From positions 1,590,001 through 1,622,000 of the forward strand of contig NC_003450.3 of NCBI RefSeq assembly GCF_000011325.1: 32,000 nucleotides of DNA. The letters run 5' to 3'. Below the pieces are notes generated by a model. It made no database searches. It worked only from the letters and a program-made list of their open reading frames with translations, and was not told where the DNA came from. Source of the DNA: Corynebacterium glutamicum ATCC 13032 (GTDB taxonomy: Bacteria; Actinomycetota; Actinomycetes; Mycobacteriales; Mycobacteriaceae). A program made the position numbers and the translations under genes. Positions 1-8,678 of this stretch are shown piece by piece; position 1 is the first letter of the stretch, and every line of letters starts with the position of its first letter.

Positions 1-1235
1 CAAAGATCCAGCATGTGTGCACCATCGCGGGTTTGCTGCTTGGCAATATCCACACACTTTTCCCAATCGCCAGACAGCATTGCCTCACGGAATGCCTTGG
101 AACCGTTGGAGTTGGTGCGCTCACCGATCATGGAAATGCCGGTTTCCTGGGACAATGGCACCGAGGTGTACAGCGACGCGACGGAGTCCTCTTTCTCCAC
201 CTCGCGGGAGGCCTGCTCAACAGGGCCTGCAGGGATCTTGGTCAGTGTGGAGGTTTCCTGCTCTGGAACACCAACCACCGCATCGCGGACCGCACGGATG
301 TGCTCAGGTGTGGTGCCACAACAACCACCCACCATGGACAGGCCATATTCGGAGACGAATCCAGCCAGCGCCTGCGCCAAATCCTCAGCCTCAAGTGGGT
401 ATTCTGCACCGTTTTTACCCAGGACAGGAAGACCTGCGTTAGGCATCACCGACACAGGAATATCGGCGTGCTTGGACAGGTAACGCAGGTGCTCGCTCAT
501 CTCATCTGGGCCGGTGGCGCAGTTCAGACCAATCATGTCGATACCCAGTGGCTGCAGCGCTGTCAACGCGGCACCGATCTCAGAACCCATGAGCATGGTG
601 CCGGTGGTCTCTACGGTGACGTGGCAAATAATGGGCAAGAATGTATCAAGTTCAGCCATGGCATCTTGAACGCCGTGAACCGCAGCCTTGACCTGAAGCA
701 AGTCCTGAGCAGTCTCAATCAAAAAGGCATCGCCACCACCGTCGATGATGCCAAGCGCTGCTTCCTTGTAGTGCCCACGCAAATCTGCATACGGTGCATG
801 GCCCAGCGATGGAAGCTTCGTTCCAGGTCCCAGGGAACCAACCACGAAACGCCGCATGCCGTTTCGGCCCGGCCCCATCTCATCAGCCACTTCCCTAGCC
901 ACTGCAGTGCCCTTGTAGGCAAGCTCACGGCAACGATCAGCGATGTCATAATCCGCCAAGTTCGGCAGGTTGCAACCAAAAGTATTGGTCTCAACCAAGT
1001 CAGCTCCCGCCTCAAAGTAGGCGCGGTGAATCTGCCTCAACACATCAGGGCGGGTGTCGTTGAGAATCTCATTACACCCCTCCAGATCAAGGAAATCCTT
1101 TTCCACGTCCAGGTCAAAGCCTTGGAGCTGGGTGCCCATGGCGCCGTCGCCGATCAACACATGGTTTGCCAACGCATCCAAAAATTCGGAGGAATGTGCG
1201 TTGTTGTGGGCTGGTGAAGTAACTGAAGTAGACAT
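1..1235 (-). CDS. metH: Cobalamin-dependent methionine synthase MetH, N-terminal part (gene continues beyond window start)
   Basis: The reverse-strand translation starts at ATG 1235..1233 and reads MSTSVTSPAHNNAHSSEFLDALANHVLIGDGAMGTQLQGF...NTFGCN...GLNCATGPDEM...GGCCGTTPEHI. This is the homocysteine S-methyltransferase domain followed by the start of the pterin-binding region. The frame stays open to position 1. It is absent from the ORF track only because it runs off the edge. Confidence 0.95.
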   Translation of the reverse strand, partial: MSTSVTSPAHNNAHSSEFLDALANHVLIGDGAMGTQLQGFDLDVEKDFLDLEGCNEILNDTRPDVLRQIHRAYFEAGADLVETNTFGCNLPNLADYDIADRCRELAYKGTAVAREVADEMGPGRNGMRRFVVGSLGPGTKLPSLGHAPYADLRGHYKEAALGIIDGGGDAFLIETAQDLLQVKAAVHGVQDAMAELDTFLPIICHVTVETTGTMLMGSEIGAALTALQPLGIDMIGLNCATGPDEMSEHLRYLSKHADIPVSVMPNAGLPVLGKNGAEYPLEAEDLAQALAGFVSEYGLSMVGGCCGTTPEHIRAVRDAVVGVPEQETSTLTKIPAGPVEQASREVEKEDSVASLYTSVPLSQETGISMIGERTNSNGSKAFREAMLSGDWEKCVDIAKQQTRDGAHMLDL

Positions 1236-1342
1236 TGTGTAGACAGCTTAGTACGGATTAGACAATTCCCGAACTTTTCATTCGTAGTTCATTTTCAACG
1301 CCGCCTAAGCAACACAGGCAAAGCGCCACTAGTCTCGGTCGC

Positions 1343-1915
1343 ATGACTGACTCCACTCCGCAAGGCTCAACACCAGGCATGTCCCCTGAAGCTATCCTCA
1401 ACGGCACCGGAAAGCCGTGGGAAGAGTGGCTAAAATTGCTTGACGACGTAAAAGCCACCTCTTGGACTCACACCCACATCGCAAAGCACATCGTGGACAA
1501 CTTTGATGTCAGTGGCTGGTGGGCTCAAGGCATCGCGATTGGTTATGAATACGAACGTGGCATGCGCAAACCCGGGATGACCAGCGATGGGTTCGCGGCC
1601 AATGCCTCCAAAACCCTTAACCTGCCGGTCGAAAAAGTGTGGAAGCTCTTCGGAGACGATGACCTGCGGGCGCAGTGGCTCGATCCCGCACTAATTGAGA
1701 AAACCTCCGCCTCCGAACCTAGAACATTCAATGCCAAATGGTTGGCCGATGATTCTCGAGTGAGCGTCAACTTCACCTCCAAAGGCGACAATAAATCCAG
1801 CTTCGGCATCCAGCACAGACGCCTGCCTGATCAAGACAGCATCCCTGTCATGAAAGCATTCTGGAAAGAACGCATCGCTGCATTAGTTGAGGTGTCAAAA
1901 CAATTTTCGCTTTAA
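1343..1915 (+). CDS. Conserved hypothetical protein (190 aa)
   Basis: Complete ORF in the gap between metH and the ars locus, with protein-like composition and no recognisable catalytic motif. The start codon choice (1343 vs 1379) is uncertain. Confidence 0.65.
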   Translation: MTDSTPQGSTPGMSPEAILNGTGKPWEEWLKLLDDVKATSWTHTHIAKHIVDNFDVSGWWAQGIAIGYEYERGMRKPGMTSDGFAANASKTLNLPVEKVWKLFGDDDLRAQWLDPALIEKTSASEPRTFNAKWLADDSRVSVNFTSKGDNKSSFGIQHRRLPDQDSIPVMKAFWKERIAALVEVSKQFSL

Positions 1916-1937
1916 CATTAAGTTCTTAGCCTTCAAA

Positions 1938-2966
1938 CTATTTAACGACTTTGCCGACTGACGCGGCAATCTCTTTGGCTGCTCGCTTGGCATAAAGCCC
2001 GACCCCTGTGATAGTCGCAGACCCAGGTCCCGTCCAATCTCCGTAGCCTACTAAATAAAGACCAGGAACCTTTGGTTGTCCGTGTTTGAGAAGTTGACGA
2101 ACTGGCCTAATCGCCGGCCGAAACCCTGTGCACCAAATTAGGTGATCAGCACGTATCTCGTCGAGTGACCCAAACATCGGAGTGGCAAATAGCTTTCCGG
2201 AGTCTCGAGCCCTGCGCACCTCCGGAAGCATGACAATGTCGCCGAGCTCGGAATCTGGCCCTGGGTCACGTTCACCTCGTTGAATAGCAAGAGCTCTCAA
2301 ACGGTTACGCCTAAACAATTCCCTACCATCAACGTCATCTGGCATCCACCGTGGTTTATCGCGGGTGAACCATGTCACCTCACTCACTTCACTCAGCTCT
2401 GCTGCAATTTGAGCTCCGGAATTTGCACCTCCAACGATTGCAATGCGTTGACCTACGAAGGGGTGAACGCCCGGATAATTTGAAGAGTGCCAATGAGTTC
2501 CAGAGAATTTTCCCGGAAAAGTTGGGACAAATGGCGCCGACCAAGTACCGGTAGCGGCAACCACGTTTTTAGCTATCCAGGATCGAGTTCCAGATTGTAA
2601 ATGAAAGGCACCATTTACAAAATCAACCTTATCTACAGAAACTGATCGACTAACTGGAATTTCATAACGCCGTTCATATTCTGTCAGGTAATCTACGACA
2701 TGAGACGATGTTGGAAACCCGTCAAATTTGGGCATCGGCCAACCTGGAAGATTAGAAAAATCTGAAGTCGAAAACAAATGCAGCGAAGGCCACACATGCA
2801 GCCATGCACCTCCGGAGGCAGGTTGGTCATCCAAAATCAGAGTCTGCACTCCTGCGCGCATGAGATAATAAGCGGTAGCCAGGCCAGCTTGGCCTCCACC
2901 AATTATTACAGCTTCGTAATGGTCATGATCGTTTCCGGCGCCTTCAGTTTGCAAACGACTCATCAT
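1938..2966 (-). CDS. Flavin-containing monooxygenase-type FAD/NAD(P)-dependent oxidoreductase (ArsO-like)
   Basis: N-terminal FAD motif VIIGGGQAGLATAY. FMO-identifying motif FxGxxxHxxxY present as FSGTHWHSSNY. Second dinucleotide motif IAIVGGANSGAQIA. Its ATG (2966..2964) overlaps the arsR1 stop (2965..2963) as ATGA. Confidence 0.85.
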   Translation of the reverse strand: MMSRLQTEGAGNDHDHYEAVIIGGGQAGLATAYYLMRAGVQTLILDDQPASGGAWLHVWPSLHLFSTSDFSNLPGWPMPKFDGFPTSSHVVDYLTEYERRYEIPVSRSVSVDKVDFVNGAFHLQSGTRSWIAKNVVAATGTWSAPFVPTFPGKFSGTHWHSSNYPGVHPFVGQRIAIVGGANSGAQIAAELSEVSEVTWFTRDKPRWMPDDVDGRELFRRNRLRALAIQRGERDPGPDSELGDIVMLPEVRRARDSGKLFATPMFGSLDEIRADHLIWCTGFRPAIRPVRQLLKHGQPKVPGLYLVGYGDWTGPGSATITGVGLYAKRAAKEIAASVGKVVK

Positions 2967-3322
2967 AATTCCATTGAGCCGATCTGCAATACCGTTCGCA
3001 ATTCCGCAAATAATTCCGGCCGTACTCGATGCAACACCACACGACCTTCAGGCACTCGATCCAAAAATCCTGCTTCAGTCATCTTTTTAAGATGATGTGA
3101 GATTGTTGGTTGGCTAAGACCCATTAAGTCCGTGAGTTCATTAACACTTACAGGCCCGCACCCTCCCGCAGCCAGCTGAGACAGAATCCGTAGACGGACT
3201 GGGTCGCCCAACACCTTAAACAGATCGGCATAGTGTTCAGATTCATCACTGGACAGGGGTCCCGTAGCAAGGGTGCAACACTCGGTTGGATTGGCTAATT
3301 GAATTGTGTGGAGAGTGGTCAT
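2963..3322 (-). CDS. arsR1: ArsR/SmtB-family arsenite-responsive repressor (119 aa; the 168-aa ORF in the track is an N-terminal over-extension)
   Basis: MTTLHTIQLANPTECCTLATGP... has the Cys15-Cys16 pair plus Cys55 characteristic of C. glutamicum ArsR1. Winged-HTH core LMGLSQPTISHHLKKM. Divergent from acr3. Confidence 0.9.
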   Translation of the reverse strand: MTTLHTIQLANPTECCTLATGPLSSDESEHYADLFKVLGDPVRLRILSQLAAGGCGPVSVNELTDLMGLSQPTISHHLKKMTEAGFLDRVPEGRVVLHRVRPELFAELRTVLQIGSMEL

Positions 3323-3345
3323 AAATCCACTATATATTGACGAAT

Positions 3346-3376
3346 GTCGATATTGAAAGTATTTTGAATATCGACA
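3346..3376. promoter_or_regulatory. Perfect 10-bp inverted repeat TGTCGATATT-N11-AATATCGACA in the arsR1/acr3 divergent promoter region; candidate ArsR operator
   Basis: Read directly: 3346-3355 TGTCGATATT and 3367-3376 AATATCGACA are exact reverse complements. The repeat lies in the 80-bp gap between the arsR1 start (3322) and the acr3 start (3403). Confidence 0.6.
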
Positions 3377-3402
3377 GGTATCAATATACCGAAAGGTGTC
3401 GC

Positions 3403-4515
3403 ATGACAAACTCAACTCAGACGCGGGCCAAGCCAGCCCGAATCTCATTTCTTGATAAATACATTCCACTTTGGATTATTTTGGCGATGGCGTTTGGGCT
3501 ATTTTTAGGCCGGAGCGTTTCGGGACTCTCAGGCTTTCTAGGCGCAATGGAAGTCGGAGGGATCTCCTTGCCAATCGCTTTAGGCCTCCTTGTAATGATG
3601 TACCCACCGTTGGCCAAAGTTCGGTATGACAAAACTAAACAAATTGCCACTGATAAGCATTTGATGGGCGTGTCACTCATTCTCAATTGGGTGGTGGGTC
3701 CTGCCTTAATGTTCGCGCTAGCTTGGTTGTTCCTCCCAGACCAACCGGAATTACGAACCGGCCTGATTATTGTAGGACTCGCACGATGTATTGCGATGGT
3801 CTTGGTTTGGTCTGATATGTCCTGTGGAGACCGCGAGGCTACAGCAGTTCTCGTAGCCATTAATTCAGTTTTTCAAGTCGCAATGTTTGGTGCACTTGGC
3901 TGGTTCTATCTGCAAGTTTTACCATCCTGGCTAGGATTACCAACTACCACCGCTCAATTCTCTTTCTGGTCAATTGTGACTTCGGTTTTGGTGTTCCTCG
4001 GAATACCTCTACTTGCTGGAGTTTTCTCGCGAATTATTGGCGAAAAGATCAAGGGACGTGAGTGGTATGAACAAAAGTTCCTTCCGGCAATCTCTCCATT
4101 TGCACTAATCGGTCTGCTTTATACGATCGTCTTGTTGTTTTCATTGCAAGGTGATCAGATCGTCTCTCAACCATGGGCTGTAGTTCGTCTCGCGATACCA
4201 TTGGTTATCTATTTCGTTGGAATGTTTTTCATTTCACTCATTGCGTCAAAACTATCTGGCATGAACTATGCAAAGTCTGCATCCGTCTCTTTCACTGCAG
4301 CTGGCAACAATTTTGAACTTGCGATTGCGGTGTCGATCGGAACGTTTGGCGCAACTTCTGCACAGGCTATGGCAGGAACGATTGGTCCCTTGATTGAAAT
4401 TCCAGTACTTGTCGGCTTGGTCTACGCCATGCTGTGGCTAGGCCCCAAGTTGTTCCCAAATGACCCCACGCTGCCATCATCAGCTCGTTCTACCAGCCAA
4501 ATCATCAACTCATAG
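3403..4515 (+). CDS. acr3: Acr3-family arsenite efflux permease (370 aa)
   Basis: Polytopic membrane protein. Start chosen at ATG 3403 ([25 protein letters not shown]...) behind GAAAGG at 3391. Acr3/BART-like sequence including the ARCIAMV segment. Confidence 0.9.
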
Positions 4516-4531
4516 CGAAGGAATCAACTTC

Positions 4532-4954
4532 ATGAATAATCAACCATCAGTACTTTTCGTTTGCGTCGGCAATGGTGGAAAATCTCAAATGGCCGCAGCG
4601 CTAGCCAAAAAACATGCCGGGGACGCTCTCAAAGTTTATTCAGCTGGCACAAAGCCAGGTACGAAATTAAATCAACAGTCCCTTGATTCCATTGCTGAAG
4701 TTGGCGCAGATATGTCTCAAGGGTTTCCAAAGGGCATTGACCAGGAGTTAATTAAGCGAGTAGACCGCGTGGTCATTCTTGGTGCCGAAGCTCAACTAGA
4801 AATGCCTATCGATGCAAACGGCATACTACAGCGCTGGGTAACTGACGAACCCTCTGAACGTGGAATTGAAGGTATGGAACGCATGCGCCTGGTCCGAGAT
4901 GATATTGACGCCCGAGTCCAAAACCTCGTCGCTGAACTAACCCAAAACGCATAG
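4532..4954 (+). CDS. arsC1: Single-cysteine LMW-PTP-fold arsenate reductase (mycothiol/mycoredoxin-coupled type), 140 aa
   Basis: [23 protein letters not shown] has a P-loop CX5K-S. I count only one Cys in the whole protein. RBS GAAGGA at 4518. Start trimmed from the 164-aa ORF, which overlaps the acr3 end. Confidence 0.9.
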
Positions 4955-5029
4955 CAGTTTTCTAATCTCACACATCTTCAACACCGTTAAATCTATTGGT
5001 TTCCCCGTAAAATCTTCGAAAGGAAGAAC

Positions 5030-5671
5030 ATGACCGGGCAAGCTGCACCAAACTTGCATACCAATATTTTGAACCGTATCGCAAATGAACTGGCGTTGAC
5101 CTATCAAGGAGTTTTCTCTGCAGAGACTATCAACCGCTATATTTTTGAATCGTATGTGTCGTTGGCGAGAACAGCAAAAATCCATACGCACCTGCCAATT
5201 TTGGCAGAAGGTTTTGCTAAAGACCGGCTGCACGCACTTGCGGTAGCTGAAGGTAAGGTGGCTTCACCTGTGCCTCAGGTCCTATTTATTTGCGTCCACA
5301 ACGCAGGTCGTTCACAAATTGCTTCGGCGTTGTTGTCTCACTATGCCGGTAGTTCTGTAGAGGTACGTTCTGCAGGTTCTTTACCTGCTTCTGAAATTCA
5401 CCCACTGGTGTTGGAAATTTTGTCAGAGCGAGGAGTGAACATTTCTGATGCATTTCCGAAACCGCTAACCGATGATGTTATTCGCGCATCTGACTATGTC
5501 ATAACAATGGGATGTGGAGATGTGTGCCCAATGTATCCAGGAAAGCACTATCTTGATTGGGAGCTCGCTGATCCGTCAGATGAAGGTGAGGACAAGATAC
5601 AGGAAATAATTGAGGAAATTGACGGTCGAATCCGCGAGCTTTGGAAAAGCATTCAATTATCGCAAAACTAG
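5030..5671 (+). CDS. arsC1': Three-cysteine LMW-PTP-fold arsenate reductase (thioredoxin-coupled type) with ~80-aa N-terminal extension
   Basis: P-loop LFICVHNAGRSQ (Cys88, CX5R-S) plus GCGDVC (Cys162, Cys166). RBS AAAGGAAG directly upstream. Confidence 0.9.
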   Translation: MTGQAAPNLHTNILNRIANELALTYQGVFSAETINRYIFESYVSLARTAKIHTHLPILAEGFAKDRLHALAVAEGKVASPVPQVLFICVHNAGRSQIASALLSHYAGSSVEVRSAGSLPASEIHPLVLEILSERGVNISDAFPKPLTDDVIRASDYVITMGCGDVCPMYPGKHYLDWELADPSDEGEDKIQEIIEEIDGRIRELWKSIQLSQN

Positions 5672-5714
5672 GCAGTCAAAGGTCTGGCACCCCCATTGCC
5701 CTGTTGAAACTGAT

Positions 5715-5751
5715 ATCGAGCCTCACATAGGGAAACTACGCGAGGCTCGAT
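5715..5751 (+). terminator. Perfect 10-bp stem hairpin (ATCGAGCCTC / GAGGCTCGAT) downstream of arsC1'
   Basis: Arms read directly. There is no clear T-tract after it, so the terminator function is tentative. Confidence 0.4.
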
Positions 5752-5789
5752 TGCTCGTTGGTTAAGCAAAAAGTGAATCCTCCAACAAA

Positions 5790-5821
5790 AGCGCCATCCC
5801 AGCCTCAACCGGAATGGCGCT
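5790..5821 (-). terminator. Hairpin AGCGCCAT/ATGGCGCT with T-run on the minus strand, downstream of the 126-aa gene
   Basis: 8-bp stem. On the minus strand it is followed by TTTTGTTGG. It sits 20 nt after the stop at 5841. Confidence 0.55.
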
Positions 5822-5840
5822 AAAAAACTTCTACTGAAAT

Positions 5841-6221
5841 TTACTCAAACTCAGGGAAAGCCTCTGCAGAAAGATCATCTGCACCAGTCTGCTTTGCAGC
5901 ATCAAACATCAATTTAGTGATCTCTTCTTTTTCTTCAGGCTCAACAACAGCACCGTGGTGCTTTGTGTTGAACTTCTCCAGCTCATCAAGGGTGGACTGA
6001 GCGGAGGCGTTAACAGCATCAAGGTCTGGTGCTTCACCGAGCTTATCTAGGGAATCAAGGTAGTTTTCCAAGATGAAACGAAGATCTGGAAGTGCCTTGA
6101 CATCGAAAGGTTCGTCCCAGAATTCCTTTTCGTCCTCTTTAAGGTATGAACCTGTTGCAAACTCTTCGAGAGTGGAGATGAATTCATCTACGGAAGGCTG
6201 GAAAGTGGCGCGAATGGTCAT
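5841..6221 (-). CDS. Small acidic hypothetical protein (126 aa)
   Basis: Complete ORF 24 nt downstream of mshC on the same strand. Very Asp/Glu-rich and predicted helical. No motif recognised. Confidence 0.7.
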   Translation of the reverse strand: MTIRATFQPSVDEFISTLEEFATGSYLKEDEKEFWDEPFDVKALPDLRFILENYLDSLDKLGEAPDLDAVNASAQSTLDELEKFNTKHHGAVVEPEEKEEITKLMFDAAKQTGADDLSAEAFPEFE

Positions 6222-6245
6222 GAGATGTATTGTTCCTGAAATTTC

Positions 6246-7508
6246 CTAGAGCTGCACGCCCAGGAGGGCATCAATGGCTGCGACCACGATGTTTCCTACC
6301 TCGGTGAACTCTTTTGAATCGGTCGTGGTGTCGATACCCGCTGCCCAATTATCTACCGCGGCGAGCGCGCCGGGAGTATCAAGGTCAGCAGATAGGTGTG
6401 CACGAAGCTGCTCGACAACTGCAATGGCATCTTCCCTATTGGTTGCAGCTCGTGCTGCTTCACGCCAGGTTGCTAGACGCTGTTCTGCGGTGGCGAGGCT
6501 CTCTGCGTTCCAATCACGGTTGCCACGGTAATGGTTGGCAAAAACACCGAGGCGGATCGCGCCGGGCTCGTGGCCTGCAGCGGTGAGGCGGGAAACAAAT
6601 TCCAGGTTGCCCAAAGACTTGGACATTTTCACGCCATCTTGGGATATCATGCCAGCGTGGACGTAGTGCTTAGCCATGCGCTCGACACCGTGAGCTGCTT
6701 CGGCGTGCGCTGCGGAGAACTCGTGGTGAGGGAAGATCAGGTCAGAGCCGCCACCTTGGATATCAAAGCTGTGTCCTAGGCGGTTGGTAGCGATTGCTGA
6801 ACACTCGATGTGCCAGCCAGGACGACCTGCGCCGAATGGGGATTCCCAGCTTGGTTCACCTTCGCGGGCTGCGCGCCACAGGAGGGCATCCATGGGGTTT
6901 TTCTTGCCGGGACGCTCTGGGTCGCCGCCGCGTTCTGCGAAGAACTCAGCCATGGTCGCTGCGTCGTAATTGGACTCGTAGCCAAATTTGTCTGTGGCGT
7001 TGATTGATGCGTAGACATCTGGATATTCGGCGTCCTCGACGATGTACGCGGCGCCTTCGTCGAGAAGCGTCTTGACCATCTCAATGACTTCGTCGATGGA
7101 CTCAATCGCACCGATGTAGTCCTTCGGCGGAATGATGCTCAGGGCTTCCATATCGCTGCGGAAGAGGTTGATTTGGCTGGTGCCGAGGTCGCGCCAGTCG
7201 ACGCCGTCGCGGGCTGCGCGTTCAAACAGAGGGTCATCGACATCGGTGATGTTTTGGACGTAGTGGACATCGTGATCATTGTCCAGCAGGATGCGGTAGA
7301 TCAGATCGAAAGCGAGGTATGTCGCCGCGTGCCCCAAGTGTGTGGAGTCGTAGGGAGTGATGCCACAGACGTACATGCCAACCGGTGTGTCGGATCCGGC
7401 AGGTGGGGTTTCAACCAGGCGTACTTCCTGATCTGCAGTGTCGAACAATTCCAAAGGCACAGGCGTGCCAGCGAGAGCAGGTACTTCAGGTGTAGGCCAA
7501 GATTGCAT
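6246..7508 (-). CDS. mshC: L-cysteine:1D-myo-inositol 2-amino-2-deoxy-alpha-D-glucopyranoside ligase (mycothiol ligase, CysRS paralogue)
   Basis: Class I aaRS motifs HLGH ([11 protein letters not shown]) and KMSKS. At 420 aa it lacks the anticodon-binding extension of a true CysRS, as expected for MshC. Confidence 0.92.
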   Translation of the reverse strand: MQSWPTPEVPALAGTPVPLELFDTADQEVRLVETPPAGSDTPVGMYVCGITPYDSTHLGHAATYLAFDLIYRILLDNDHDVHYVQNITDVDDPLFERAARDGVDWRDLGTSQINLFRSDMEALSIIPPKDYIGAIESIDEVIEMVKTLLDEGAAYIVEDAEYPDVYASINATDKFGYESNYDAATMAEFFAERGGDPERPGKKNPMDALLWRAAREGEPSWESPFGAGRPGWHIECSAIATNRLGHSFDIQGGGSDLIFPHHEFSAAHAEAAHGVERMAKHYVHAGMISQDGVKMSKSLGNLEFVSRLTAAGHEPGAIRLGVFANHYRGNRDWNAESLATAEQRLATWREAARAATNREDAIAVVEQLRAHLSADLDTPGALAAVDNWAAGIDTTTDSKEFTEVGNIVVAAIDALLGVQL

Positions 7509-7691
7509 GGGTTTTACTCTATCTTCTTTCCGTAATTATTTCCGCGACAAGCTATTTGCAAGCTATGTGCAGGCTCATTGCACAAGTTCAGCGCGGAGAC
7601 ACGTCCTAAAAAATACTTATGAAATTATGTTCGACACCGAAATGTCACCTGAAACTTCAACCAAGCCGCCAGTGCACCTATTCCACAAACC

Positions 7692-7725
7692 AAAAAATCC
7701 GCCAACACGAATGCGGCGGATTTTT
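7692..7725 (-). terminator. Rho-independent terminator after uppP
   Basis: Stem AAAAATCCGCC / GGCGGATTTTT. The minus strand reads stem then TTTTTTGGTTTG. It sits 17 nt after the uppP stop. Confidence 0.65.
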
Positions 7726-7741
7726 AAGATGTACAGGAATT

Positions 7742-8623
7742 TTATGGGTTGAGCATGCCCAGTGCGAGCAGCAGCATCACGAGCAGACCTGCAGGAATAC
7801 GGTATGCAGCAAACCAGCTGAAGGAGTGGTTTGCCACGAACTTCATCAGCCACGCAATGGAAATGTAGCCAACTACGAAGGCAACCAGGGTACCCACGGT
7901 GAGCTGTAGGCCGGAGGCAGCTTGTCCGGAGCTTGGCGCAAAAGCGTCAGGCAGGGAGTACAAACCGGAGCCAAGCACTGCAGGGATTGCCAGCAGGAAG
8001 GAGAACTTGGTGGCTACTTCACGCTTGAGACCAAGGAACAAACCAGCAGAGATGGTGCCGCCGGAGCGAGACACGCCAGGGATCAGCGCAAGACACTGTG
8101 CAAGACCCATGATGATGGCATCTTTCATGGTCAGTTTGTCGTAGTCGCGTTCCTTCTTGCCCATCTTCTCGGCCAAAATGAACACCAGGGAGAACAGGAT
8201 CAGCACGGATGCAGTGATCCACATATTTCGCAGCGCCTCACGGATCAGGTCCTTGCCCAACACACCCAAGATCACGACGGGAATGGTGGCAACAATGATC
8301 ATCCAGCCCATGCGGTATTCAAATCCGCGGCGTTCCTTATTGAATACGCCAGCGAACCAACCTGTGATGATTTGCCAGATTTCCTTGGCAAAAAACACCA
8401 GCACTGCGGCTTCGGTACCAAGCTGAACCACGGCGGTAAAGGACGCGCCGGCATCGGCACCCCAGAACAGCTCAGAGATGATTCGGAGGTGTCCGCTGGA
8501 GCTGATCGGCAGGAACTCTGTGAGGCCTTGAACGATGGAGAGCACAATGGTTTGTACCCAGCCAATATTTTCAGTTGCGGCAGGATCTGCTGCTGCGGCT
8601 AGGAGGGTTATCTCTTCATTCAC
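7742..8623 (-). CDS. uppP: Undecaprenyl-diphosphate phosphatase (BacA/UppP)
   Basis: 293-aa polytopic protein with the UppP motifs [14 protein letters not shown] and [10 protein letters not shown]. Confidence 0.92.
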   Translation of the reverse strand: MNEEITLLAAAADPAATENIGWVQTIVLSIVQGLTEFLPISSSGHLRIISELFWGADAGASFTAVVQLGTEAAVLVFFAKEIWQIITGWFAGVFNKERRGFEYRMGWMIIVATIPVVILGVLGKDLIREALRNMWITASVLILFSLVFILAEKMGKKERDYDKLTMKDAIIMGLAQCLALIPGVSRSGGTISAGLFLGLKREVATKFSFLLAIPAVLGSGLYSLPDAFAPSSGQAASGLQLTVGTLVAFVVGYISIAWLMKFVANHSFSWFAAYRIPAGLLVMLLLALGMLNP

Positions 8624-8678
8624 CCGATCTACCGTACTACCTTATGACCTCAGTAGTGTGGTGGGCGTGAAACAGCGA

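Noticed and set aside
13-1217. Three long plus-strand ORFs (156, 400 and 141 aa) at the start of the window
   Set aside because: They lie antisense to, or out of frame with, a reverse-strand frame that translates into an unmistakable MetH N-terminus. Their sequences are Arg/Gly/His-rich low-information strings typical of shadow ORFs in GC-rich coding DNA.
1240-1263. Two TAGAC pentamers (1240-44 and 1259-63) directly upstream of the metH start, reminiscent of the McbR operator TAGAC-N6-GTCTA
   Set aside because: Only one half-site is good. The partner 6 nt away reads GTACG (2 of 5 matches to GTCTA), and the second TAGAC is a direct repeat, not an inverted one. It is too weak to call without a scored matrix or binding data.
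3323-3469. N-terminal 49-aa extension of the arsR ORF, and similar 5' extensions of acr3 (3337), arsC1 (4460), the AKR gene (8535), the PEBP gene (15910) and the small membrane protein gene (15315)
   Set aside because: Each extension overlaps the neighbouring gene or the divergent promoter. Each lacks an RBS, whereas an internal ATG is preceded by a Shine-Dalgarno-like sequence and yields the canonical family N-terminus.
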